Shown here: positions 18,608 to 28,600 of the stretch, piece after piece
Position numbering within the stretch: position 1 is the stretch's first letter
Layout: the number at the start of each line of letters is the position of its first letter
The notes under the pieces: generated by a model
What the model was told of the DNA's origin: nothing
Seen by the model: only the letters and a program-made list of their open reading frames with translations
The model's database searches: none
Assembly: GCA_965205015.1 (NCBI GenBank)
Contig: OZ242029.1
Span: 4,736,001 to 4,800,000, forward strand
Direction of reading: 5' to 3'
From: Candidatus Poribacteria bacterium
GTDB taxonomy: Bacteria; Poribacteria; WGA-4E; WGA-3G
DNA length: 64,000 nucleotides
Position numbers and translations under genes: made by a program

Positions 18608-19405
18608 ATGCGAAACATTAAACTCGTGCTTGAATACGACGGCACGAATTATCACGGTTGGCAGACACAACCGAACGTGCCAACAGTTCAAGACGCCATC
18701 GAGGAGGCACTGGTAAAACTCACCAAAACCCCGGTACAGATTATCGGGGCAGGGCGAACCGATACCGGCGTCCACGCGGAGGGACAGGTCGCTAACTTCC
18801 ATACGGACGCACAGATACCCGTCGTCGCATTTCAGAAAGGACTCAACGCTATGCTGCCTCGGGATATCGTCGTCTGCTCCGCAACAGAGGTGTCCCCTGA
18901 GTTTCACGCCCGTTTCAGTGCGACACGTCGGCGGTACCGGTACACGATTCTGAATCGGGAATATCCGAGCGCACTTCTGCGGCAAACAAGTTACTGCTTC
19001 TGGATAGAAATCGATGTCTCACGAATGAACGATCTTTGCCAAATGCTGGTCGGCACACACGATTTCACCTCCTTCCAAAAAGTAGGGAGTGATCGGATAA
19101 ACCCTGTCTGTGAGATTTACGAGGCATACTGGTGGAAAAAAGAACCTTACGTTTATTTCGAGATTGAAGCGGATGCGTTCCTGCGAGGTATGGTGCGCGC
19201 CATCACCGGCACCGTCTTAGCTTTTAATAGCAAGCTTCGGAAACTTACAAGCTGCGCCAAAAATATGAAATGCCGCGATGCCGAGATGGAATTTCGCCGT
19301 ATTTTAGAGGCCAAAGACCGAGCCGTAGCAGGAATGTCAGTCCCTGCACACGGATTATCGCTCATTGAAGTCAAATATAACGCTAAAACTGTTCTCGTAG
19401 CATAG
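18608..19405 (+). CDS. truA: tRNA pseudouridine(38-40) synthase TruA
   Basis: YDGTNYHGWQ, GAGRTDTGVHA, FHARFSA, GTHDFTSF, FLRGMVR. Confidence 0.96.
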   Translation: MRNIKLVLEYDGTNYHGWQTQPNVPTVQDAIEEALVKLTKTPVQIIGAGRTDTGVHAEGQVANFHTDAQIPVVAFQKGLNAMLPRDIVVCSATEVSPEFHARFSATRRRYRYTILNREYPSALLRQTSYCFWIEIDVSRMNDLCQMLVGTHDFTSFQKVGSDRINPVCEIYEAYWWKKEPYVYFEIEADAFLRGMVRAITGTVLAFNSKLRKLTSCAKNMKCRDAEMEFRRILEAKDRAVAGMSVPAHGLSLIEVKYNAKTVLVA

Positions 19406-19559
19406 CCTGTTAGGCTGTGCATACCCCAGAAAGCACTATGGTTTACAAAAAAACCCTCTTCGCTGACAATCGATAACTGAAGACCTTAACCATCAACTCG
19501 TCTTCTACATCTTCCAAAGGCGCGAGTTGATGGTTAAAACGACTCAAAAGGAGTTTTCT

Positions 19560-20573
19560 ATGAACTATGCCCAAGTCTTGAATGAATTGGAAACTTTAGT
19601 TAACGAAACCTTCGCACTCTGGGAACACAACCGCGTAGGCTTCCAGTGGCGACACTATACATGGAACCACACCATGCGTGTCCGTGCACTAAGCATGGAA
19701 CTCGGTAAGCGGGAAGGTGGGGATGTGAAGCTGCTCGAAGTCGCTGGCACCCTGCACGACATCACCAAACGATATGACGGTGTTATCTTAACGGACGACA
19801 ACGGACAACGGATCCTCGACCACAACGGCTTCTGGTTAAATGAGACGCTCACCCCCGCTGGCCAGAATATCATTACCGACCTCTACGACAAGCACAACCT
19901 CCAGGGCAAGGTCCATCACGAATCCGGGGCAGTCATTACCGAGAACATCTTGGCGATGTATGATTTTGATCAAGATTTCGTTCAAGCCGCGACAGCCGTT
20001 GTCCTCGCGCACCTGAAACCGATGAACCTCACAGCCGAGAACTTTAAACTGCTCTACAACAGGATCGAAAACCAGATTCTCTACGATGCTGATACAATGG
20101 ACCCAAACGTCGGCTATACCGCTTTCTTCCGAAACATTCACATCCACTCCCATTTCGCGCTCCAACGCGGGAATTTTGACCTTGAAGATTACGTCCGGAA
20201 CCTACCGCGTTGGATTAACTCCAAGCAGGAATTCGTCGACAAACTCCTCACAGAGTCATCTCGCGAAGTCGCCCAAGCCCGACAAGACAGAAACCAGCAT
20301 CTTTTCTTGCAAATGGTAGATGAATTAGACGATATGGAGGTAAATCGTAAATACGGATTGCTGGGTGTGATTGAGTATTTCGTCAGTGAAACCGAGGATC
20401 CTCACTTCCTGAACCAACTTGATCATCTGACAAATGAGTGGCTCCCACACCGCCGACAATGGCTCGCTGAAGAGGCGCAGGACGCATCGGCACGCGACCG
20501 TGCCCAAGCCGCAATCGATCGGGTCGACGATTTTCTGACGCTTATGACCCGCGAAAGTAACGGCGAAATTTAA
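19560..20573 (+). CDS. HD domain-containing phosphohydrolase
   Basis: NHTMRV...LHDITK, HHESGA, ILYDADTMD. AAGGAG RBS before 19560. Confidence 0.8.
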   Translation: MNYAQVLNELETLVNETFALWEHNRVGFQWRHYTWNHTMRVRALSMELGKREGGDVKLLEVAGTLHDITKRYDGVILTDDNGQRILDHNGFWLNETLTPAGQNIITDLYDKHNLQGKVHHESGAVITENILAMYDFDQDFVQAATAVVLAHLKPMNLTAENFKLLYNRIENQILYDADTMDPNVGYTAFFRNIHIHSHFALQRGNFDLEDYVRNLPRWINSKQEFVDKLLTESSREVAQARQDRNQHLFLQMVDELDDMEVNRKYGLLGVIEYFVSETEDPHFLNQLDHLTNEWLPHRRQWLAEEAQDASARDRAQAAIDRVDDFLTLMTRESNGEI

Positions 20574-20595
20574 GACGCGATAAAAGGAGTTTTAC

Positions 20596-21459
20596 ATGAA
20601 CACCCCAACGACAAGCGAACAGGTAGACATTCCCCAAATCCCATACCCACTCGACCTGTATCGATTCGACACGGCTGCCGAGGGGATTTCTGGTGGGTTT
20701 CCAGCCGTAACCGATGCAGACATCGAATACTTCCATCAAAACGGCTATCTCGTCATCAACGATGCCTTCAGTGCTACCGAAGTCGAGGACGCATTGGCAG
20801 GTATGATCCATCTGATGGACGGGAAGTGCCCTGATTTCCGAGCGATCCAATTTGAACCGAAACTCGTCAAGCGGAAGGATGAGCTGGAAGGGCAGGAACG
20901 CCGCGACGCCATCAGGAAAATCTTCAATTTCGTAGACTATGAGCCGCGTCTGAACGCCATGGCAGCCCATTCGGGACTTCTCGGTGTGCTTGAACAAATG
21001 ATAGGGGACACGCCTGAACTGTTCCAAGATATGGCACTCGTCAAACCGCCGCGTTACGGATCAGAAAAGCCGTGGCATCAGGATTGCGCCTACTTTAACC
21101 TACCGGAGGGAACAACGGTTGTCGGTGTATGGATCGCTTTGGATGAAGCCACCCCTGAAAATGGATGCCTACACATCATTCCCGGTTCAAACAATGAGGG
21201 ACCGATGATCCATTTCAAACGTCGAGATTGGCAGATTTGCGATACGGATGTACCCGTAGGGCGCGATACGATGGTACCGCTCAAACCGGGTGGTTGTCTC
21301 TTCTGGCACGGATTGACGCATCACGGAAGTCCTGTCAACCAATCGGGACAACGGCGGCGTGCGCTACAGTTCCATTACACACCGGCGAGTGCTGGAGAGA
21401 TTACGACACAGGAACGGATGGATGTTTACGGGAGCGAAGGGAAAGACGTAGATTGCTAA
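20596..21459 (+). CDS. Phytanoyl-CoA dioxygenase family protein
   Basis: KPWHQD, WIALDEATPENGCL, PGS, HGSPVNQS..RRRA. Confidence 0.92.
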   Translation: MNTPTTSEQVDIPQIPYPLDLYRFDTAAEGISGGFPAVTDADIEYFHQNGYLVINDAFSATEVEDALAGMIHLMDGKCPDFRAIQFEPKLVKRKDELEGQERRDAIRKIFNFVDYEPRLNAMAAHSGLLGVLEQMIGDTPELFQDMALVKPPRYGSEKPWHQDCAYFNLPEGTTVVGVWIALDEATPENGCLHIIPGSNNEGPMIHFKRRDWQICDTDVPVGRDTMVPLKPGGCLFWHGLTHHGSPVNQSGQRRRALQFHYTPASAGEITTQERMDVYGSEGKDVDC

Positions 21460-21512
21460 CGTCAACGGAGAGAAAAAGATACCAGCGAACCGAACGCAAT
21501 CCACGCATCAAC

Positions 21513-21552
21513 GATAGCTGGGAAGCGAATAAACATCAGTATCCCAGCTATC
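21513..21552. terminator. Inverted repeat between convergent genes (possible terminator)
   Basis: GATAGCTGGGA ... TCCCAGCTATC, an 11-bp stem. Confidence 0.45.
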
Positions 21553-21568
21553 CTATGGTCATTTGATA

Positions 21569-24091
21569 CTATTTTCGTATCAGCAGCTTCCGCGTAGAAC
21601 TGAACTCCCCAGCCGTGAGCGTGTAGAAATAGGTGCCGCTCGCAACAGGTTCACCCACTTCATTTTTTCCATCCCAATACGCCGCAAGGCTACGACTCTG
21701 ATAAATGCCTGCCGCCTGATACCCCAATACCAACGTCCGAATCAAGTTTCCGTCCATCGCGTAGATACGTATTGTCACATCCGCAGGGACTGCCAACTGA
21801 TACGGTATCCAGGTCTCCGGATTGAACGGGTTCGGATAGTTGGCAAGCAGTGCTGTTTCTTGTGGTGTTAGCGAGGCGAGGAGCGCCTCCAAAAAGCGGA
21901 TGCCCCTTTGCGATGTACTTTCTGTGCGGTTAAGTTGTTGCGCTTGTGCGAGCCACTGTGCGACCTCCATCCTTATCAGCGGGAACTCCAGATCGCGATT
22001 CCACGTTGAGGGTGCTGCGGCAGCGTCGCCAATTACTATTGCTACCAACACCAGATCCTGGATGTCCACGACACCATTCTGATTAACATCCGCAATGTTT
22101 TTGCCAGTCTGCCCAAAATTCGCTGACACCAACACTAAATCTAATATGTTAACCTCGCCATCCGCATTGGCATCTTCAGGCTGTGGTGAGGGTTCGTCCC
22201 CGTTCCCGTTCATATCTTCAGGTTTAGGGGGATCGGTTGAGTCAAACGGTGCCACGCGTTCGAGATCCCATAGCAGCACTGTTCCATCGTCGCTCCCACT
22301 TGCCAACGTCTTGCTATCCGAACTGAACACGACCTTAAAGACACTATCCTGATGTCTGGGGAGTACACGAGGTATACTCTGAATATCTCCCCCCGAGTTT
22401 ATCGCCCACAATTGAACGGCACCGTCCACACCGCCCGCTGCCAACAGCTCCCCATCTGGACTGAATGCCACGCTCGTGACAGCTTCCCAATGCCTGTCTA
22501 ACTGGAGCCAAGTTTCGTCCTCGTAGACAACCCCCAGCGGCTCTCCGACCCGATGCCCCCCATCCCATTCCAACACATCAATCGAGTTCAGCGACACTGA
22601 ATTCGCCCATCTTCCAACCGCCAGTTTCCGTCCATCTGGACTGAACGCTACACTCGTGCGAGGCAAGTCATCAGAGGAAAAGCCATGCTTTATCTCGGCA
22701 GGGGTATCCGTCTGTAAACTCCACACTTGAAGGGTACCGTCCGTACTTGCAGTCGCCAGTATCGGTAAATTCGGATGGAACGCCACACTTGTGACAGGTC
22801 CTGTATGCCCTTTGAGCTTCAATTGCCCAATCCGGCTGTCGGATGGGGAGATAATGATAGTCCCGTCCCATTGTCCAACCGCCATCCGCTTCCCATCCGG
22901 ACTGAATGCCAGGTTTGAGAGACGAAGTATATGGCTATTGAACTGATCCACTTCATGCCCCTCTCGCGGATTCCATACACGGATGGTACCGTCAACACTG
23001 GCACTTCCCACCCAGTCTCCATCCTCACTGTACGCGACATTCCAGATACATCCTGTATGCCCTATGAACGTATACTTGAGTTCATCAGCAGTTATGCCAT
23101 CGTAACTTATATCCTCATACAGGCTCATAGTATTGGCAGGATGTTCCCAATGGTCCAGCCGCAAGGCATAATCGTCCGGGAGACCGTGGGGATATTTGAA
23201 GTTGTCTCTCAAAGTCACCACCACCTCTATGCGAGGAACAGGATCAGGGAAATTAGGATTAGAATTGTGCGTCCTATAATAGTGTCCAGTTGCCTCAACC
23301 CTCTCATCTCCACTTACCTCTTGATACTCCACGAATCTCTGCCTGTAGGAGGGGCGGCCCGGTAGATCATAGGGCCCCAGTAGATTATATCTGTAGATGA
23401 TACCGTCCGTACTTGCACTCGCCATACGAGAACCATGGAACCCTAGGTTCATGACGCGTGGAACGGTGCGTCTGTTCTTCTGTTCATGCTCATGAACCTG
23501 AGCCATCTGTCTGAAAATCCCTTTTCGATTAGACCCGTAGATGACGGAAGAAAGCGATCCCGACTCGTTCCACTTCTCTACCACCGTCGCCACGTACTCA
23601 GCGGCCGGCTGAATCCATGCGATAGGGACATAAGTTGGAGGTGTCCCCCACCCACCAGACGTATGAACCAGTGTCTTCTGATCCGTTGCCATATCATACT
23701 TTATATGATAGATAGCACCAGATAAGTTGCCTAATGCTATGGTCTCTCCATCAGAAGTGATCACAACCCGACGGGCATCCCAAAAATCCCACCAAGGAAT
23801 ATGGGGCAACTTTTGGGCGGTGTCGGCATTGTAGATCCCAACACCTGAAGAAGTTATCAATATTAAACGTCTGCTATCTGGAAAATAGTCGAAATCCCAG
23901 AGGTAATTAACGATATGTCCATCTGACTCCCCCTCATCTACCCGTCCTTGGAGGTGAGGGCAACGAAACGTCAGCCCCAGCCGCGCCCTGGCACCCTCGG
24001 GTAAAAATAAATCTTGGGCAAAGGCAGGTAGCAGATAGAATGTTGCAATCAGAACGAGCATAGCGTAGATAAAAAACTTTTTCGTTTTCAT
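21569..24091 (-). CDS. Secreted WD40-repeat protein with dockerin and C-terminal FlgD/T9SS-like Ig domain
   Basis: Signal peptide. GHT...VAFSPDG...LW repeats. DANADGEVNILDL / DVNQNGVVDIQDL dockerin. LLANYPNPFNPETWIPYQL...WDGKN. Confidence 0.88.
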   Translation of the reverse strand: MKTKKFFIYAMLVLIATFYLLPAFAQDLFLPEGARARLGLTFRCPHLQGRVDEGESDGHIVNYLWDFDYFPDSRRLILITSSGVGIYNADTAQKLPHIPWWDFWDARRVVITSDGETIALGNLSGAIYHIKYDMATDQKTLVHTSGGWGTPPTYVPIAWIQPAAEYVATVVEKWNESGSLSSVIYGSNRKGIFRQMAQVHEHEQKNRRTVPRVMNLGFHGSRMASASTDGIIYRYNLLGPYDLPGRPSYRQRFVEYQEVSGDERVEATGHYYRTHNSNPNFPDPVPRIEVVVTLRDNFKYPHGLPDDYALRLDHWEHPANTMSLYEDISYDGITADELKYTFIGHTGCIWNVAYSEDGDWVGSASVDGTIRVWNPREGHEVDQFNSHILRLSNLAFSPDGKRMAVGQWDGTIIISPSDSRIGQLKLKGHTGPVTSVAFHPNLPILATASTDGTLQVWSLQTDTPAEIKHGFSSDDLPRTSVAFSPDGRKLAVGRWANSVSLNSIDVLEWDGGHRVGEPLGVVYEDETWLQLDRHWEAVTSVAFSPDGELLAAGGVDGAVQLWAINSGGDIQSIPRVLPRHQDSVFKVVFSSDSKTLASGSDDGTVLLWDLERVAPFDSTDPPKPEDMNGNGDEPSPQPEDANADGEVNILDLVLVSANFGQTGKNIADVNQNGVVDIQDLVLVAIVIGDAAAAPSTWNRDLEFPLIRMEVAQWLAQAQQLNRTESTSQRGIRFLEALLASLTPQETALLANYPNPFNPETWIPYQLAVPADVTIRIYAMDGNLIRTLVLGYQAAGIYQSRSLAAYWDGKNEVGEPVASGTYFYTLTAGEFSSTRKLLIRK

Positions 24092-24170
24092 TGAACATCT
24101 CTCCCTTTCTCGCTATACAGATATGAACCTAATACGCCCCGACCGCTCCGCATGTCAGACTCGCGTTCAT

Positions 24171-25223
24171 CTACTGCTTCTCTTCAGGGAACGGCGCACG
24201 GATATCGTAACGTCCCTCAACAAATACGGGTAACTTTCCACCTTCAACCAACAGGTCAAGCGGGTTCGGGCGCGTTTTTAAGGGGAATGTAACAACATCC
24301 TGGAGGCGCAACGATTCATAAATCGCCATCAGGATTTCTATCGTGCAAAGTCCATGTCTGCCGGCATTGCGGTGTTCATCAACACTCCCTTCAATCCAGT
24401 CTAACATCTCATCAAATTGATTCGGTTCCCCTTGACGCGGTTCAATCACCTGCCAGCCTGCGGCTTTGCTGTTGAGCAATTCAATTGCTCCGTTGTCACC
24501 CCGACGGAGCTGCCCATCGTCGCCATAGACGACATCGCCTCGGAGGACGGGTTCCGGTAAATCGCTTTCGTAGATGCCGCGGATCCCGTTTTCAAAGCAG
24601 ATTTCCGCCATACACAGGTCTTCCGTTCTGACACGGCGTTCCCAGCGATCGGTTTTGCGTGCGACCTGACCGATGAGCCATAACGGATCCGGATCCCCGA
24701 GGATGTAGCGCATCTCGTCGATTTCATGGGTGCCACGGTTCAACAACCCGTGTCCGTCGCGACGGAGCATCGCCTGGGGTTGACCGATCGCGCCCTCTTG
24801 AATCAGGCGGCGTGCCTCGCAATTTTGGGGACTGAAACGCCGTTGGTGCCCAACGACCAATTTCACATTGTGCTTGTCACAGGCATCCATCATGTCCTGT
24901 GCGTCGCCAACCGAAGCCGCCATCGGTTTTTCGGTAATAACGCCGAGGACACCGCTCTCCGCAGCAGCGATCGTCGGTTCGGCACGGACGCTCTGCCACG
25001 TTGTAATACTGACGATGTCCAAGTCCTCTTTCTCGCACATTTCACCGAAATCGGTATAGTGGGTTGGGAGTGCGAACTCGTCTGCGAATTTCGCCGCGGA
25101 TTCTGCGCTAATGTCTGAAGCCGTGACAACTTCGACACGCCCGGTACTTGCCCAATTATTCGCATGGGAACGTCCCATGCCACCGCATCCAATAATGCCA
25201 ACACGATATGTTTTGTCTGCCAT
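24171..25223 (-). CDS. Gfo/Idh/MocA family oxidoreductase
   Basis: GIIGCGGMG, EKPMA, GHQRRF, GTHEID. Confidence 0.9.
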   Translation of the reverse strand: MADKTYRVGIIGCGGMGRSHANNWASTGRVEVVTASDISAESAAKFADEFALPTHYTDFGEMCEKEDLDIVSITTWQSVRAEPTIAAAESGVLGVITEKPMAASVGDAQDMMDACDKHNVKLVVGHQRRFSPQNCEARRLIQEGAIGQPQAMLRRDGHGLLNRGTHEIDEMRYILGDPDPLWLIGQVARKTDRWERRVRTEDLCMAEICFENGIRGIYESDLPEPVLRGDVVYGDDGQLRRGDNGAIELLNSKAAGWQVIEPRQGEPNQFDEMLDWIEGSVDEHRNAGRHGLCTIEILMAIYESLRLQDVVTFPLKTRPNPLDLLVEGGKLPVFVEGRYDIRAPFPEEKQ

Positions 25224-25356
25224 CTGTCTCACCTTGTCCTCGCTTTTAAATTTACAGTAACTCCCTCGCCAGTAAAAGCAAGAGTTGTAGAAACACATTT
25301 TAGCAAAAGCCGCGTATCAAGGCAAGCAAATTGTAAGAAAAGATTCAGAAAGACGA

Positions 25357-25385
25357 TTGACAAAATTGTGCTGTTGGTATAGAAT
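25357..25385 (+). promoter_or_regulatory. sigma70 promoter for leader 1 and the LRR gene
   Basis: TTGACA-17 bp-TAGAAT. Confidence 0.75.
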
Positions 25386-25456
25386 GTTTCCTGAGACGGG
25401 TTCCGGTTCCGAAGAGATATCCATGATACATCTTTTTTGATGAGAAAGGAGTCAAA

Positions 25457-25600
25457 ATGTCCGACATACGAAACGAGCACGCCAATATTGAAAGTGTCCA
25501 GTACTTCTATCGGTCCTCTAACATTTTATCCATGACACAGGTTGAGAACGAAGCTTTAGCACCCCACTCTGTCTGCCCCCCCCCACTTTACACCCGTTAA
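25457..25600 (+). CDS. 47-aa upstream leader peptide ending PPPLYTR* (candidate attenuator)
   Basis: AAAGGAG RBS. MSDIRNEHANIESVQYFYRSSNILSMTQVENEALAPHSVCPPPLYTR*. C9 tract at 25576-25584. Confidence 0.6.
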   Translation: MSDIRNEHANIESVQYFYRSSNILSMTQVENEALAPHSVCPPPLYTR

Positions 25601-25625
25601 GCACATTTCACATAAGACTTCATCC

Positions 25626-25660
25626 AACTCGGACAGCGGTTGCTGCTGCCCGAGTTTTTT
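25626..25660 (+). terminator. Intrinsic-terminator-like hairpin between the leader and the LRR gene
   Basis: CTCGG-A-CAGCGG-TTG-CTGCTG-C-CCGAG followed by TTTTTT. Confidence 0.65.
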
Positions 25661-25661
25661 C

Positions 25662-28600
25662 ATGCCTAAACGCATTTTAGGGGTGTGCAGGCTATTTTTT
25701 TATCGCATGAAAACGACACAATTTCTCCTCACTTTTTTCATTGGGCTCCTTTTTCTAGCACCGCTGCACCCGGCGCGCCCGCACACCGTAAATGGTAACG
25801 CGAATCACAACGTGGACATTCCGGATACAGTTCTCCGTGGTGTTATCGAAGCCCGACTCAACAAGTCTTCTGGAGCAGACATCACCGCCACCGAGATGGC
25901 AACCTTGGATGAAGTCGTCAAAGCCGACCAAAACATTCATGATCTAACGGGTTTGGAGCATGCAACCGCTTTACAAAAGGTGCGCATCGGGCGCAATCGC
26001 ATACGATTTCCGCCCAGCGGAAGAACGCCACAAAACACCATTTCGGATTTGAGCCCCCTTACGAACCTAACAACGTTGATCGATCTGGACTTTACCACAC
26101 ATCGGATTACAGACATCTCGCCCCTTGCGACTTTAACAGCGTTGACAGACTTAACGCTTTCATACAATTCCGAGCTCACAGATATTTCGCACCTGCGGGG
26201 GTTAACAAGCGTGAAAAATCTTTTCCTTAACGCCTGTAACATCACGGACATAACAGCGATCGGAACGCTAACAAACTTGCGAGTGCTTGAGCTTGGGCGA
26301 AATTGGAACCTCCGGGATATCTCACCCTTGACGAATTTAAGGGATTTGAGAGTTTTGAAGCTTAATAGTACCGCCATCACCCCTGAAGGTCTATCCGCCG
26401 TGCTCCCGGCGTTAGAAGGTGCGAAGCGGCAAGGATCCGGACCAACGTATTGGGCGGGTTTAGACATTACGAACACTGACATCTCGGATCTCTCTGTGTT
26501 AGACAGGATACCCGACGGCGTGGTCCTGCACAACCTGTACCTGCAATACATGGGCACCAGCGCCAGTGAGACTCGCTTTTTTCTACTGAAGGATCTCACC
26601 CCCTTGGTGGATCTCATGAACAAGGGAAAGGTCATCGGTTCAGACACCAATATTCAATTGCGGTGGAACTTCAGACTGGACTATCCGTCCCTTTACGAAG
26701 ACATACCCGCCCTCTTAGCCAGTGTTCGTGGTGTCAGCTATCTTTCGTCTACGCCCGGGCTTGAGAGGGAATCTCCGACAGATGAACCTTACAGAGGCCA
26801 TCCCAGAATACGCCACACGTTTGTCGTGCGTGCCATTAATGACACCCCTTTTGGAAGCTATCCAATTGAGATAACTCGGAACCCTACATTCAACGGGGTG
26901 CCTGTTACGTGGAAGGTTACCGCGCCCGATGACACCCTAACGGAGACGAATGTCGTTACAGGTGACGATGGATTGGCAAGCGTCACCATTACCCTCGGAG
27001 ATGATGGGGAAACGCATACCGTGGAAGCCGTTGTCCCTGCGAACGAACGCGCAGCCACGGAGGGGCCTTCACACCCTGAACTCAAAGTGACCTTCACCGC
27101 CATAGCAGATCAGACAGTCGAACCGCCGCCGAGACCTACCCCACCACAGCCGCCCCGACTCCCCCGACTGACGGTGACGTTCGAGGACTACCCCGAAGAG
27201 AAGCCAGTTGATGAATTGACGCTCACGATCAGGTTTTCCGAACCCGCCATCGGTTTCGAGACGGAGGACATTACCGTAGAAACAGAACTCACCAGTGGGA
27301 AAGGGGATGCCACCTTGACGGACCTGACCCCCGAAACACCAATACACCCCGATAGACCCGAGCCTGACCCCATACAGACCTACACTGCAACCGTGGCACT
27401 CCCCGACCGCGCAAGAGGCACCGTGACACTCATCGTCCGAGAAAATGCCGCAATCACCCCGGCAACTGCCCCTGTGGAGAAGAGGGGTCCCGCTTCAAAT
27501 ACCGCCTCCGACCCCATCGAGTTCGGACGCAGACGTGTGATCGTCTGTCCACCATCTGTCGTGCCTATGGAGACAGTCATCTTCAATGAGTTCCGCAACG
27601 CTGAAAACGATACACACGACTGGATCGAACTCAAGAACATCTCCGATGAAGACGTGTCTCTCGCCGAATGGGAGATCAGTCTTGTCGTCCCGCACGCCAT
27701 CAGTCCGGCGGCACCGCAACAGGAAATCTTCGCAATGGATCGGGATATCGTCGCCTTTGGAGACTACACACTCCCCGCAGGAGGCATCCTGCTGATCGCC
27801 AATACCCACCCCAGTGAGACGGATCTGATACGCGGGCAGGACATCGAAAATCCCAACTATAATCCCGATCTCCTCCCCCACTATCTCATCGCACCGGAGA
27901 TGAAGTTGCCGAGTTCATTTTTGCTCATCCTCCGGAGTGTGCGCGATAAGAACGGTCAACACGAAGGCTTTGAAGACCTCGCAGGCGATTACCACAAAGA
28001 CGATGTCAACTACGCTACCAACATCTGGCCCCTGCTCTGTACCCCTGTCTATACCGGCACGGAGGCACGGTTCACCGTAGGCGACATCTATCAGCGGGTC
28101 ATGGTGCCAAAGGTTTCGTCGAGGACCCTGAACACCACGCCACAGCCCGAGAAACGCGGCTACCTTGAGGGCGCCTGGATGTTAAGTGTCTATCACAGTG
28201 GATTAGGCTATGACCCCGAGGCACCCCCTGAAACGAGTCTCGGCACGCCGGGGTATCCGCTGCCGGGACAACCGACTGAAAAGGGATGGGGAAACATCAG
28301 TTTTTCTGAGGTGATGTATGCGACGAACGATAACGGAGGACTCTCGCAGTGGATAGAACTCTACAACAACACCTCCGAGATCGTGGACCTCACGGATTGG
28401 GAGCTCATGATTGAGGCACGCGACAGCAAAACCGTCCGACGCTGGACATCGCTTCGGTTCAAATCGCTACACATCAGACCGAACGCAACCGTGCTACTGG
28501 TGGGGCGGAACGCCCGAACCTCAGGGAACATCCCTTCCGATCGGATTTACGATCTCTACCGTCGCAACATTGCGGCGTTTCGGCGACTCGGCGAGGGTGC

